NCBI GenBank assembly: GCA_963675745.2
Contig: CAXXWX010000013.1
Span: forward strand, 96,001 to 160,000
Reading direction: 5' to 3'
Source: Phycisphaerae bacterium
GTDB taxonomy: Bacteria; Planctomycetota; Phycisphaerae; UBA1845; Fen-1342
Length of the DNA: 64,000 bases
Below are positions 9,778 through 20,530 of the stretch, piece by piece. Position 1 is the stretch's first letter. Each line of letters begins with the position of its first letter. Below the pieces are notes generated by a model that ran no database searches, was not told the origin of the DNA, and was given only the letters and a program-made list of their open reading frames with translations. Both the position numbers and the translations under genes were made by a program.

Positions 9778-12618
9778 ATGAACCCCATCCGCAGCGCATT
9801 CGCGCGCCTGGCAGCGACGGCCGTGCTGGCACTGCTGCCGCTGGCTTTCGCCGGTGCGCAAGATGATACGCCGATTGCCAGCCCGGCAACGCAGGCCGTG
9901 GCGATTGAGAATCCACTTCGCACGCCCCACGACACCGTTGACCTGTTTCTAGTGACTCTGCGCAAGGCCGAGTCAGCACGTGACCCAAACGCTCGCGCCG
10001 ACCTGCACACGCTGGCGATGGACTGCCTTGACCTCGGCACCATGGATATGGATACGCGCGCCGCCAAGGGACCGGACTACGTGGTCCAGCTTTACGATAT
10101 CCTGAGTGCGCTCATCGACGCGGGTTATCTGGATCCCAACGACACCGCGGTTTTGCCGGACGAACCGACGGTCAAGGGTGACGTGCAGTCGTTTGGTAAG
10201 CCGCCCTTTGTGCTGGTTCTCGAACGCCTGCCGCGCGAGGTGGTCAGCGAGGCCGGCACTGAGCCCACCACGATTCACGAGTGGCGTTTCTCGGCCAACA
10301 CGGTCAGGGAGATTCCGCGCTGGCATGAGAATCTGCCGAGTCTGCGCGAGGCGATCGCCGCACGCGCGGCGCATGAATCCAAACCGGCGGTTCAGCCCGC
10401 GGATTTGAAGCTGCTGCGCTCACCGTTTCACACGGTCACGTACTTCCTTGACCGGGCCAGCGAGGCCAAGGAGGTTGATACCGCCTACTACGCCGACGCG
10501 CTGCGCTGTCTGGACTTTTCCGAGGCGGCCGCGGCGGCCCTCAAGGCTGAGCTCAAGCTCGAGACCGCGGCGGACGTCGCCGATGCGATGCGGCTGCGCG
10601 GTCCGGAGTACATCGCCGCGTTCGCTGAAGAGAGTGGTATCGCGTACGTTGATGGGCTGGCCAGGATCCTCGGGGCACTGCAACAGACCGGCCAGCTCAA
10701 GCTCGATGATCTGGACGCCGAACTCCCCGACGATCACAAACCGACCTATGCGTTCGGCCTCGACCCGCTGGGCGTAACGCTGATCAGACAGGCGGATGGT
10801 CGCTGGCTGTTTGGCGCTGAAACCGTGCGTGACGTACCGCGCATGCTGGAGGCCCTGGCAGACTCGTCAGCCGGCCAGCCCGAACCGATCGTGTCCGCGC
10901 CGCCGGCCGGTGACACCTCGGCGGCCCTGCCGGTTGCCGCGTCACCGGCGGCGGCTGCATCAGCCGGCGTTCCGCACGTGCGCTCCGCGTTCAGATCGCC
11001 GCGCGCTACCGTGCGCACATTCCGCCGGGCGATGCGTGAGGGTGACCTGGCCCGGGCGACGCAATGCCTGGATCTTTCCGAGCTGAGTGTCACGCAGCGA
11101 GAGTTGGCCCCCATCATGGCGGGGAAGCTGTGGCTGGTCATGATCCGTACGGAGTGGATTCCCGAATCACAGATTCCCGACGACAGCGACGGCGACTCGT
11201 TTGATCTGCTGGCGCGCACGGCCGGGCGCGTGGAACTCGACCGCCAGTGGACGCCGCCGCGCGAAGGGGCGTGGTTGTTCACGTCCCGCACGGTTGCCAA
11301 GATCGAGACGCTCTACGACACGATGGAGCGTCAGCCGATTCACCCATCGTGGGCCGAGCATGGCGTGAGTCCGTCGGCGCGGGCCATCTCGCCCGCGGCG
11401 CTGCCCGCTCTGTTCATCAGGGAATACTGGGTGCCGTCGGCGCTGCGGCATGATTTTCTGCGTATCGAGCTCTGGCAGTGGCTCGGCGTTTTACTCCTGC
11501 TGGTGTTGGGGCCGCTGGCGCGCGTGTGTGTCTCCGTGGTCGCGGCACCGATCGGCCGCCGCATATTGAGCACGCGGGACGTGGCCATGCTGCCCAGCAC
11601 GGTTCGCCGATCGTTAATGCCGCTGGCGATGCTGGCGATGCTCGGCGTGTGGTGGGGTGGCCTGCAGCTCCTGGATCTGCCGCAGGTGATGGTCATGTGG
11701 GCGTATTGGCTGCTGCGGATCGTGATGACGTTCTTCTCGGTCCTGGCGGCCTATCGGCTGATCGACCTGGTGATGACCTATTCCGCGGCGCGGGCCGCGG
11801 GTAGCGCCTCACGCCTCGACGATGTCGTCGTGCCGTTGATGGACAAGACGCTCAAGGTCATGGCGGTGGCCTTGGGCCTGATCTTTCTGCTGAACGTCAT
11901 CTTCGGCATTGATGCCTGGCGGCTCGTCGCCGGGCTCGGAGTTGGCGGTCTTGCAATCGCCTTTGCCGCCCAGGATACGATCAAGAATTTCTTCGGGTCG
12001 ATCAATGTCGTGCTCGACCGGCCCTTCCAGGTGGGCGACTGGGTGATCGTCGGCGGCGTCGAGGGCATGGTCGACTCGGTCGGCCTGCGCAGCACGCGCA
12101 TACGCACTTTCTACAAGTCGCAGGTCACGATTCCCAACAGCGAGATCATGAACGCCACCATCGACAATATGCAACGCCGCCCGCTGCGCCGCTTTAAGGC
12201 CATGATCGGCGTTACGTACGATACAAAGCCGGAGGCGCTTGAAGCGTTTACCGAAGGGATTCGCGAGTTGATCAGGCAGCACCCGGTTACGCACAAGGAG
12301 ACCTTCTACGTATATGTGAACGAACTCGGTGACTCGTCGATCGACATCCTGCTCTACTGCTTCCTCGAAGCCCGAACCTGGGAGATCGAGCTGCGCGAGC
12401 GACAGAGGTTGATTGTCGACATGGTCCGGCTGGCAAACTCGCTGGGCGTCGAATTCGCCTTCCCGACACGCACGCTGCACATGTATTCCGAGGAGGCCAA
12501 CGCCGCACGCATGGACCACATCCCGGCCAAGGTGCCGGCCGCACTCTCGCTCGGCCGCGAAAGCGCGGCGGGCATCGTTGACACGCACCTGCCGGCGGCG
12601 ATGAAGGCGAAACCGTAG
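9778..12618 (+). CDS. MscS-family mechanosensitive channel with long periplasmic N-terminus
   Basis: LGVGGLAIAFAAQDTIKNFFG, DRPFQVGDW, GLRSTRIRT, IPNS, EFAFPTRT; signal peptide. Confidence 0.93.
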   Translation: MNPIRSAFARLAATAVLALLPLAFAGAQDDTPIASPATQAVAIENPLRTPHDTVDLFLVTLRKAESARDPNARADLHTLAMDCLDLGTMDMDTRAAKGPDYVVQLYDILSALIDAGYLDPNDTAVLPDEPTVKGDVQSFGKPPFVLVLERLPREVVSEAGTEPTTIHEWRFSANTVREIPRWHENLPSLREAIAARAAHESKPAVQPADLKLLRSPFHTVTYFLDRASEAKEVDTAYYADALRCLDFSEAAAAALKAELKLETAADVADAMRLRGPEYIAAFAEESGIAYVDGLARILGALQQTGQLKLDDLDAELPDDHKPTYAFGLDPLGVTLIRQADGRWLFGAETVRDVPRMLEALADSSAGQPEPIVSAPPAGDTSAALPVAASPAAAASAGVPHVRSAFRSPRATVRTFRRAMREGDLARATQCLDLSELSVTQRELAPIMAGKLWLVMIRTEWIPESQIPDDSDGDSFDLLARTAGRVELDRQWTPPREGAWLFTSRTVAKIETLYDTMERQPIHPSWAEHGVSPSARAISPAALPALFIREYWVPSALRHDFLRIELWQWLGVLLLLVLGPLARVCVSVVAAPIGRRILSTRDVAMLPSTVRRSLMPLAMLAMLGVWWGGLQLLDLPQVMVMWAYWLLRIVMTFFSVLAAYRLIDLVMTYSAARAAGSASRLDDVVVPLMDKTLKVMAVALGLIFLLNVIFGIDAWRLVAGLGVGGLAIAFAAQDTIKNFFGSINVVLDRPFQVGDWVIVGGVEGMVDSVGLRSTRIRTFYKSQVTIPNSEIMNATIDNMQRRPLRRFKAMIGVTYDTKPEALEAFTEGIRELIRQHPVTHKETFYVYVNELGDSSIDILLYCFLEARTWEIELRERQRLIVDMVRLANSLGVEFAFPTRTLHMYSEEANAARMDHIPAKVPAALSLGRESAAGIVDTHLPAAMKAKP

Positions 12619-12836
12619 CGTGCAGCCCGCCGCACCGTAATCCTGACTAAACCGTAGGGTGTGGCTCGCCGCAATGTAATTCTGACGGCGGCCCGCGCAG
12701 ATACAGGGGGCGGGTTGCAGCACCATTGCTCTGGACATAGCGCGCCCCAAATCGCTACGCTATAAGTAGAGCGCCCGACTCCCGCGTCGGACGCTCCGCG
12801 TCCATCGGCTCTGGCAGCAACAAGGGAGGGTCGGCG

Positions 12837-14938
12837 ATGAGAACACTGGCACTGACTACGGCAATACTCATCTGCACCACGACGGCGTCGGCGGATACGG
12901 TTCTTCTGGAACCGGTTGGGCAGATTGGCGGTGCGTGCTATGACGTGGCCGTCGTCGGTGATGTGGCCTACATGGGTACCGGCCCCCGCCTAGTCATTCT
13001 GGACGTGTCTGACCAAACCAACCCGACCTTCCTGGGCCAGTCGGAGGTGCTGCCGGATATTGTCTTCGGCGTGGCGGTCGCTGGCGACTACGCTTACCTG
13101 GCTGGCTATTATGCCGGTCTTCAGGTGGTCGACATTTCGAACCCCGCCGCGCCGATTTGGGTTGGCGAATGCGCCACGAGTGGCGTGGCTGTGGATGTGG
13201 CACTCTCCGGCGACTACGCCTGTGTCGCGGATTATGAGAGCGGTCTTCAAGTGATCAACATCTCCGACCCGGCCGCTCCGGTCAGAGAGGGAGGATATGA
13301 CACGGACGGGTACGCCTACGGCGTGGCAGTCTCGGGCGATTACGCCTACGTGGCGGATGATGACGCCGGTCTGGCTGTGATCAATATCTCCAATCCAGGC
13401 GCGCCGTTCTTGGAAGGTGGATACGACACGACCGGTTACGCCCGCGGCGTGATGGTCTCTGGCGACTATGCCTACGTGGCTGATTCGAATGCCGGTCTTC
13501 AGGTGATGAATGTCTCGGAGCCGGCTGACCCGGTGAGGGTGGGCGGATACGACACTAGCGGGTCTGCCTGGGCTGTGGCTATCTCCGGTGATTACGCCTA
13601 CGTGGCAGACTACGTGGCCGGTCTTCAGATCATCAACATCTCGGTCCCAGCCACGCCGGTTCGGGAGGGCGGATACGACACGAGCGGGCATGCCCGTGGC
13701 GTGGCGGTTTCGGGCGACCATGCATACGTCGCAGGCCATATTGCCGGTTTGCAGGTGATCGATGTTTCGGAGCCGAACGCAGCGCTGCGGGAGGGTGGAT
13801 ACGCGACCGGCGGGCACGCCTGGGACGTGGCTGTCTCGGGCAACTACGCCTCACGGTTGGCCTGGGCAGCGGCCTTCACGTGATCAACATCTCGAACCCG
13901 TCCGCCCCGGTCTGGGTGAGTGAATGCCTCACAAACGAGAATGCGTGGCGCGTGGCGATCTTTGGCAACCATGCGTATGTGGCGGCATACCATGCCGGTC
14001 TTCAAGTGGTCAATATCTCAGACCCGGGCGCCCCTTTCCGGGAAGGCGAATACAACACGAGCGGGTTCGCCTTGGATGTGGCGGTCTCTGGCGACTACGC
14101 ATACGTGGCGGATGGTTCTCCCGGGCTCCTGGCGATACACATCTCGGACCCAGCCGCACCGGTCTGGGCGGGCGGATACGACACGAGCGGGCAGGCCCAC
14201 GGCCTGGCGGTGGCGGGCGACTTCGCCTATGTGGCAGACTCGGACGCCGGGCTTCAGGTGATTGACATTTCAGACCCGGCCGCCCCTGACTGGGTTGGAG
14301 GATACAACACAAGCGGGTCTGCGCGCAACGTGGCGGTCTCCGGCGAATACGCGTACGTGGCCGATTATGAGGCCGGTCTTCAGGTGATCAACATCTCCGA
14401 CCCGAACGCCTTGTTCCGTGAGGGCGGATATGACACGAGCGGGGATGCCTGCGACGTGGCGATATCGGGCGACTACGCGTATGTCGCCGACTACTTGAGC
14501 GGCCTCCAAGTGATTAACATCGCAGACCCCACGGCACCATTTCGGGTGGGTGGATATGACACGCACAGGTGGGCGTGGGGTGTGGCGGTATCCGGTGACT
14601 ATGTCTACGTGGCGGACGTAGCGGGTGGGCTGGTGATCCTTCACATAGCTCCCGACTGCAACGAGAACGGCGTCGCCGATAGCGACGACATCACCGCCGG
14701 CGCGAGTACGGACCTCAATGCCAACGGCATTCCGGACGAGTGTGAGTCGCTCGGCGACATGAACTGCGACGGCTGGGCCAACAACGGCGACATCGACGCG
14801 TTTATCTTCGCCATGTCGTATCCCGAGCTATACCCCGACGAATACCCGGATTGCTACATCATGAACGGCGACATCAACGGCGACGGTTGGGTCAATAACG
14901 GCGATATCGACGCGTTTGTGGAGTTGCTCGTGCAATGA
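12837..14938 (+). pseudogene. Secreted LVIVD-repeat protein with C-terminal dockerin-like domain, split by one frameshift near 13850
   Basis: Many ~42-aa repeats (VAVSGDYAYVAD..GLQVINISDP..P...GGYDT) continue across ORFs 12837-13883 and 13880-14938; tail GDMNCDG..NNGDIDAF. Confidence 0.85.
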
Positions 14939-14944
14939 ATTGCT

Positions 14945-15071
14945 CGTGCGAGAATCCTTTCTCGCACGTTCCTCTGCGCGAATCAGTTCCCGCGGTCAGG
15001 CGATGCGGGAGGCGGCTCCCGCCAGCGTGGGTGCGAGATATGAATCTCGCACCAGCGTATCTCGCACCCGC
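14945..15071. repeat. REP-like hairpin cluster (GTGCGAGA..TCTCGCAC) between convergent genes
   Basis: CGTGCGAGAA-TCCT-TTCTCGCACG at 14945-14968; GTGG-GTGCGAGAT-ATGA-ATCTCGCAC at 15027-15052; half copy at 15059. Confidence 0.6.
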
Positions 15072-15119
15072 ACCGCTATTCTGATGGCGGCCTGCGCCGC
15101 TCTTGAGGAGGAACCGGCG

Positions 15120-16274
15120 TTACCGGGGCCAGGCGGCGTTTTGGAACTTGCCGCTCTTGCTGATGACCTTGCCGTCAACCTCTACCACGCCGCCGCGGCG
15201 CAAATCGCAGACCAGATCCCAGTGCAGGCCGCTGGTGTTTTTGCCGCCGGTCTCGGGATACGCCGCGCCCAGCGCCATGTGAAACGTCCCGCCGATCTTC
15301 TCATCGAAAAGCGTATTGCGTGTATAGCGTTTGACGGCGTAGTTTGTTCCCAGAGCCAGCTCACCAACGATGCGCGCCCCGCGATCCTGCTCGATCATCT
15401 TGTGCAGGAAACTCTCATTCTTCGTCGCGCTGGCGTTGACGACCTTGCCGGCCTTGAATTCGAGCCGGATGCCGTCAACCTCGCGGCCGCCGGCGACCGC
15501 CGGAAAGTCGAAGACAACCACGCCGTCGGTGGCGTCCTCGATGGGGCCGGTGAACACTTCGCCGTCGGGGAAGTTCTCGTGTCCGTCGCAGTTCATCCAG
15601 CGCCGCCCCTTCACGCCATAACGCACGTCAGTGCCGTTGCGCGTGCGGATGTGTACCTCGCGGCCCTTGTTTAGCACATCGACCAGCCGTTGTTGCTGGC
15701 GGCCGAGCTTTTGCCAGGCGGCGACCGGGTCGCGCTCGTTGAGCTTGCAGGCGTCGAAGACGAAGTCGGCGTACTCACCGAGCGACATTTCGGCTTCCTG
15801 CGCGAAGCCGTTGGTGGGGATGTTGGTACCGGTCCAGCGCAGCCGCTTCGGGTCGCGCTTGGGCAGGGCGGCCCGTTTCATGAACACGTCCAGAATCGGT
15901 TTGCGCGCCTTGCTCACCAGCGCCTGTTTGGCCGGGTCAACGCCGCTCAGCGCGCGCGTGTTCTCACTCCCGAAAATGCCGATCCGCACGTTCGTGCCCG
16001 ACATGATGTGCTTTTCGAACGGCGGCGGCGTGCTGAGCTGCTCCGGCTTGCCGAACTTCAGCAGAATCTCACCGCAGGATTCGGGCGCGATTCTGACCCA
16101 CGGATTCCCGCCGGCCTTAAGCACTTCACGGTACGTCGCGACGATCGCCGGCTCGGCCAGTGGCGTTCCGACGATTGCGACGATGTCGCCTTTCTTGACG
16201 GCGACGCTGTACTTGACCAGAACCTGGGCGAGTTTGTCGATACGTGGGTCGTGCATACTGATCTCCGCGGACAT
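15120..16274 (-). CDS. M29 family aminopeptidase (AmpS/PepS-like)
   Basis: MHDPRIDKLA, NFPDGEVFTGP, GELALGTN, LFDEKIGGTFHMALG, SGLHWD. Confidence 0.93.
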   Translation of the reverse strand: MSAEISMHDPRIDKLAQVLVKYSVAVKKGDIVAIVGTPLAEPAIVATYREVLKAGGNPWVRIAPESCGEILLKFGKPEQLSTPPPFEKHIMSGTNVRIGIFGSENTRALSGVDPAKQALVSKARKPILDVFMKRAALPKRDPKRLRWTGTNIPTNGFAQEAEMSLGEYADFVFDACKLNERDPVAAWQKLGRQQQRLVDVLNKGREVHIRTRNGTDVRYGVKGRRWMNCDGHENFPDGEVFTGPIEDATDGVVVFDFPAVAGGREVDGIRLEFKAGKVVNASATKNESFLHKMIEQDRGARIVGELALGTNYAVKRYTRNTLFDEKIGGTFHMALGAAYPETGGKNTSGLHWDLVCDLRRGGVVEVDGKVISKSGKFQNAAWPR

Positions 16275-16290
16275 GAGTGGTGGTGAGTTT

Positions 16291-16411
16291 TCAGCGTTCG
16301 GCCTTCAGCTTTCAGCGTTCAGCTATCAGCACTCAGCCACAAAGACAGCGGACGGGTCGGTAACGCGGCTTGTTGTTGTAGCTGATGGCTGAACGCTGAA
16401 AGCTGATCGCT
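16291..16411. repeat. Inverted heptamer arrays (TCAGCNN)n / (NGCTGAN)n
   Basis: 7 units at 16291-16339 and ~4 reverse units at 16380-16411; same family at 22001-22080 and 27037-27130. Confidence 0.85.
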
Positions 16412-16436
16412 CTCGGGCGCTGTCGGCCGGTTCTCC

Positions 16437-17423
16437 TCAGCCCTGGGCCTTGAGTTTCTTCACTTCCTCAGTGAGTACGGGCACCACCTTGAACAGGTCG
16501 TGCGGGATTGTGTAGTCGGCGACTTTCGTGAGCGGGGCTTCCGGATCGGTGTTGATGCACACGATCACCTTGCTGCCACGCATCCCCGCCAGGTGCTGAA
16601 TGGCGCCGCTGATACCGCAGCCGATGTACAGCTTGGGCGTTACAGTCTTCCCTGTCAGGCCGATCTGCCGGCTGTGAGGCTGGTAGCCGGCATCGCAGGC
16701 GGCGCGTGATGCGCCTACCGCCGCATCCAACTCGCCGGCCAGCTCGATGATGATGTTGAAGTTTTCCTCGTTCTTGAGGGCGCGGCCGCCGGCGACGATT
16801 ATGTCAGCCTCGGCGACATCCTTGATATCACCGCCGGTCTTGGCGACTTCCTTCACAGTGATGCGCTCATCGCCGGCCGTCGGACTGAAGGGCAAAGCCT
16901 CGGTCGCAGCCGAGCCGGTGTCGGCGGGGGCGGCGAAGGTGTTGGGGCGCACGGTGGCCACGGCGGGCTTGCCGGCTGGGAACTCGACCGCTGCCATTGC
17001 CTTACCGTTGTAAATCGGCCGTTTGACCTTGAGGGTGCCGTCCACGATGTCCAGATCGACCACGTCGGTCGCCAGGCCGCCGCCGATGCGCGCCGCCACC
17101 CGTGGCGACAAGTCGCGCCCCATTGAAGTGGCCAGCATGAGCACGATGCGTGGCTTGATGCTGTCGATCACGCCGCACAGCGCCGAGCGATAGCGCAAGG
17201 TAGAGTATGACCCCAAGCTCGGATCGGTAACGGTGATTATCTTGTCGACGCCGGCCACGTTCACGGCTGCGGCGGCGTTGCCGATGTCATCCCCGATGAC
17301 ACAGGCGATCGCTTGACCGCCGGTCTTGTCGGCCAGTTGGCGCGCGGCGGTGACGATCTGCAAGGCGGCGGGATGAAGCCGGTTGTCACGTTGTTCGGCA
17401 AAAATGAGTATGTCGTCTGTCAT
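16437..17423 (-). CDS. etfA: Electron transfer flavoprotein alpha subunit
   Basis: ADIIVAGGR, VGASRAACDAG, QIGLTGKTV.PKLYI..GISGAIQHLAGM. Confidence 0.96.
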   Translation of the reverse strand: MTDDILIFAEQRDNRLHPAALQIVTAARQLADKTGGQAIACVIGDDIGNAAAAVNVAGVDKIITVTDPSLGSYSTLRYRSALCGVIDSIKPRIVLMLATSMGRDLSPRVAARIGGGLATDVVDLDIVDGTLKVKRPIYNGKAMAAVEFPAGKPAVATVRPNTFAAPADTGSAATEALPFSPTAGDERITVKEVAKTGGDIKDVAEADIIVAGGRALKNEENFNIIIELAGELDAAVGASRAACDAGYQPHSRQIGLTGKTVTPKLYIGCGISGAIQHLAGMRGSKVIVCINTDPEAPLTKVADYTIPHDLFKVVPVLTEEVKKLKAQG

Positions 17424-17551
17424 GGAAGCACTCTACTCGCTTGGCCACGGGTTCCGAAAGATTGACGGCCGACCCCCGAGTCGCCCGCTGTCGCAAGGGA
17501 CACTCTCCTGGTCGATACGTCCGACTGGCGCGCCGAACGCCACGACTTTCA

Positions 17552-18346
17552 TCAGATTGCCTTCGCCTCTTCACGTAGCAGCTTGACCAGCTCTCTGGCG
17601 GCTTCATCGGGCTCGCCGGGGATGACTCTGCCCGGCGGGCGCTCGGCGGGCGGCGTGAGCTCGTGCATACGCGTGCCGCCCATTCCCGAAGTGAGCTCAT
17701 CAAGGCCGGGTATGTCGGCGGCGGCAACGGAACGAATGGGCTTCTTCTTTGCCTTCATGAGATTCGGCAGTGATGGATACCGCATCTCGCACAGCCCTTT
17801 CTCGCACGTCACCAGCGCCGGCAGCGCTACCTCGACGACTTCCTCGGCGCCTTCGACGCGACGTCGCGCGACAAACGACCCGCCATCCTCCGCTATCTCT
17901 AGTTTGACAGCGGCGCCGATGTGCGGGATGTCGAGCAGCTCGGCCAGCGCCGGGCCCAGGTGCCCGCTATCGAGGTCGATTTCCTGCTTGCCGGTCAGCA
18001 GCAGATCGTAGCCGCCCTCCTTGATCACCGCCGCCATGATCGCGGCCAGTTGCAGATCGTCGAGGGCGTCAAAGGCGTCGTCCTGGATGTGGATACCGTC
18101 ATCGCAGCCGACGGCCAGGGCTGTCCGCAGGGCCTCGGACACACGGGCGGGCCCGAGCGTTAACACGGTGACCTGCTCGACATCCTTGCGCTTCTCTTTG
18201 AGCAAGACTGCCTGCTCGATGGCGAACTCGTCGAACGGGTTGACTACCATCTTTATGCCCGCGCGGTCGATATCGCTCCCGTCGGCGGACACCTTGATTC
18301 TGGTCGTCGAGTCCGGAACCTGCTTGATTAACACGAGAATCTTCAT
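17552..18346 (-). CDS. etfB: Electron transfer flavoprotein beta subunit
   Basis: MKILVLIKQVPD, NPFDEFAIE, GKQEID, RYPSLPNLMKAKKKP. Confidence 0.96.
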   Translation of the reverse strand: MKILVLIKQVPDSTTRIKVSADGSDIDRAGIKMVVNPFDEFAIEQAVLLKEKRKDVEQVTVLTLGPARVSEALRTALAVGCDDGIHIQDDAFDALDDLQLAAIMAAVIKEGGYDLLLTGKQEIDLDSGHLGPALAELLDIPHIGAAVKLEIAEDGGSFVARRRVEGAEEVVEVALPALVTCEKGLCEMRYPSLPNLMKAKKKPIRSVAAADIPGLDELTSGMGGTRMHELTPPAERPPGRVIPGEPDEAARELVKLLREEAKAI

Positions 18347-18577
18347 ACCTTGTTCTCTCTGCACTGTGTTGGAATCGAGTTGTGCCGAAAGCCGGACCCA
18401 ACATCCTAGCGTAAGCCGTCGCTGTGGGAAAGCGCTCGCGGCGTCTCGCTACCTCGCCAGGATGCCCCACGGCTCGCCGTGGGCGGCGCGTGTGAATCAG
18501 GCGGATGAGCGGCGGCGGATGTTCGCCTTCATCGACCGGGCGCGCGCTGACGATGAGACAAGAGAGGCTGAAACCCC

Positions 18578-19474
18578 ATGCGTATTCGCGAACTACTGAC
18601 AACCGGCCAGCCGAGCATCTCATTCGAGTTCTTTCCCCCCAAGGATGAGGCAGGATTCGAAAGTCTGCGCCGCACCCTGGCCTCTTTACGCGAGCTGCGC
18701 CCCACCTATGTCTCCGTCACCTGGGGGGCCGGCGGCGGCACGCGCGGGCGGACCGTCGAGCTCGTTACGCACCTCAGAGACGACTACGGCATCGAGCCCA
18801 TGGCACACGTAACCTGCGCCGGCGCCACGCGCGACGAGTTGCAGGGGATCCTGTGGAAGCTGGCCGATTCCGGGATCGAGAACACGCTGATCCTGCGGGG
18901 TGATCCGCCGCGCGGCGAGTCCGAGTTCCAGCCGGTGGAAGGCGGCTTCAACCATGCGTCAGAATTGGCCGCGTTCGCCCGGCAGTACTTCAGTTTCTGC
19001 GTCGGAGGGGCCTGTTATCCTGAGGTGCATCCCGAGGCCCCTGACGCCGACACCGACCTCGCAAATCTGCGCAAGAAACTCGACGCGGGCTGTGAGTTCC
19101 TCATTACGCAGCTCTTCTTCGACAACCGGAAGTACTTCGACTTTGTGGCCCGCGCACGCGCGGCGGGTATCGGCGTGCCGATCATCCCCGGCATCATGCC
19201 CATCACTAACGTCAAGCAGATCGAGCGTTTCACGCGGACTTGTGGGGCGACAATTCCCGACGAGTTGATGCGCGAATTGCGGCTGCTACAGGACGATCCA
19301 AACGCGGTGCTTTCTCTTGGCGTCGCCCACGCCACGGCCCAATGTCTCGAACTGCTCCAGCGCGGCGCCCCGGGCATCCATTTCTACACGCTCAACAAGT
19401 CACCCGCTACGCGGACAATCCTGACGGCGATCCGCACGGTGTATCCGCCCGCCCGACGACCGGCCGGGACGTGA
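18578..19474 (+). CDS. metF: 5,10-methylenetetrahydrofolate reductase
   Basis: SFEFFPPK, SVTWGAGG, LRGDPP, YPEVH, ITQLFFD, HFYTLN. Confidence 0.97.
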   Translation: MRIRELLTTGQPSISFEFFPPKDEAGFESLRRTLASLRELRPTYVSVTWGAGGGTRGRTVELVTHLRDDYGIEPMAHVTCAGATRDELQGILWKLADSGIENTLILRGDPPRGESEFQPVEGGFNHASELAAFARQYFSFCVGGACYPEVHPEAPDADTDLANLRKKLDAGCEFLITQLFFDNRKYFDFVARARAAGIGVPIIPGIMPITNVKQIERFTRTCGATIPDELMRELRLLQDDPNAVLSLGVAHATAQCLELLQRGAPGIHFYTLNKSPATRTILTAIRTVYPPARRPAGT

Positions 19475-19600
19475 GTGCGGCGGGGGGCACACCCGTGGGA
19501 AGCATTGCTCGCAGGCTCGGCTGGTGATGTGACTACTACGCATTGGCTCCGTCGGCTAAGATGCGTGTCTGACGCCGAACCGTACGATGGAGGGTGCCCC

Positions 19601-20515
19601 ATGCGCGCGACGAGTGTCTGTGCCACACTGCTTCTGGCGCTGGTGTTGGCGAGCTCGGCTGCTGCCCAGCCGCCGGCCGCGTCCGAGATCGAATTCAAGG
19701 CCCATGACGGGCACGTTATTTCCGCGGACTACTTCGCCCCCAAACCACAGAAGTACGGCGCGCCGATCGTCATTCTGCTGCACATGTACCGGCACGACCG
19801 CACGACATGGCAGCCTCTGATCGGCCCTTTGCACGAGGCGGGCTTTGCGGTGCTCGCGCTGGACATGCGCGGCCATGGTCGCAGCGCCACCCCGGCCACG
19901 CGCGAGCGGGTCATGGCACGCGAAACCAAGCTGTTCGAGGATATGACGCATGACGTGCGCGGCGCCTACGACTGGCTGGCCAAACGCGAAGGTCTGGATC
20001 GATCGCGTTTCGCGCTGGTTGGGGCGAGTGTCGGTTGCAGCGTCGCCCTGCGCTACGCCCGTGAGGATCGCAGCGTCGATGCAGTTGTCTGCATGACGCC
20101 CGGGCTGCGCTACCTGGGCCTCGATTCGAGTTCCGATCTGCGCGCCACCCACGGCCGTCACGTGCTGCTGCTCGCCACGGCGGACGAGCGCGAGGCTTGC
20201 GACAAGCTGGCGCCGTTAATGGACGGAGCAGAAGCGCGCGTCATTGATGACGCCCGCGCGCACGGCACGCAGATGTTTGGCCGCGTGCCCGGCGTGGAGG
20301 CCCTCATTACCGATTTTCTCGCCAAGTCGGTCGGCAAGCCGTCGGCCGAGCAGGTATATGGCAGCATCAGCGGCGATGTCTATCACAAGCCGGACGCCGA
20401 GTGGGTGGATACCATCGAGCCCAGCGACCTGCGTGTGTACTCATCGCCGCAGGAGGCACGGCAGCGCGGCGTGCGCGAGTCAAAGACCAAGGGACCCGAT
20501 CGACCTAACCCATGA
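19601..20515 (+). CDS. Secreted alpha/beta hydrolase with C-terminal Ada-metal-binding-like domain
   Basis: Signal peptide, DMRGHGRS, nucleophile GASVG, AHGT; tail YGSISGDVYHKPD..SSPQEARQRG. Confidence 0.85.
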   Translation: MRATSVCATLLLALVLASSAAAQPPAASEIEFKAHDGHVISADYFAPKPQKYGAPIVILLHMYRHDRTTWQPLIGPLHEAGFAVLALDMRGHGRSATPATRERVMARETKLFEDMTHDVRGAYDWLAKREGLDRSRFALVGASVGCSVALRYAREDRSVDAVVCMTPGLRYLGLDSSSDLRATHGRHVLLLATADEREACDKLAPLMDGAEARVIDDARAHGTQMFGRVPGVEALITDFLAKSVGKPSAEQVYGSISGDVYHKPDAEWVDTIEPSDLRVYSSPQEARQRGVRESKTKGPDRPNP

Positions 20516-20530
20516 TTGTTGAGGTGACCG

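Noticed and set aside
12900..14640. Regular ~126-bp periodicity resembling a CRISPR or mobile array
   Set aside because: Coding LVIVD repeats with synonymous variation and no unique spacers.
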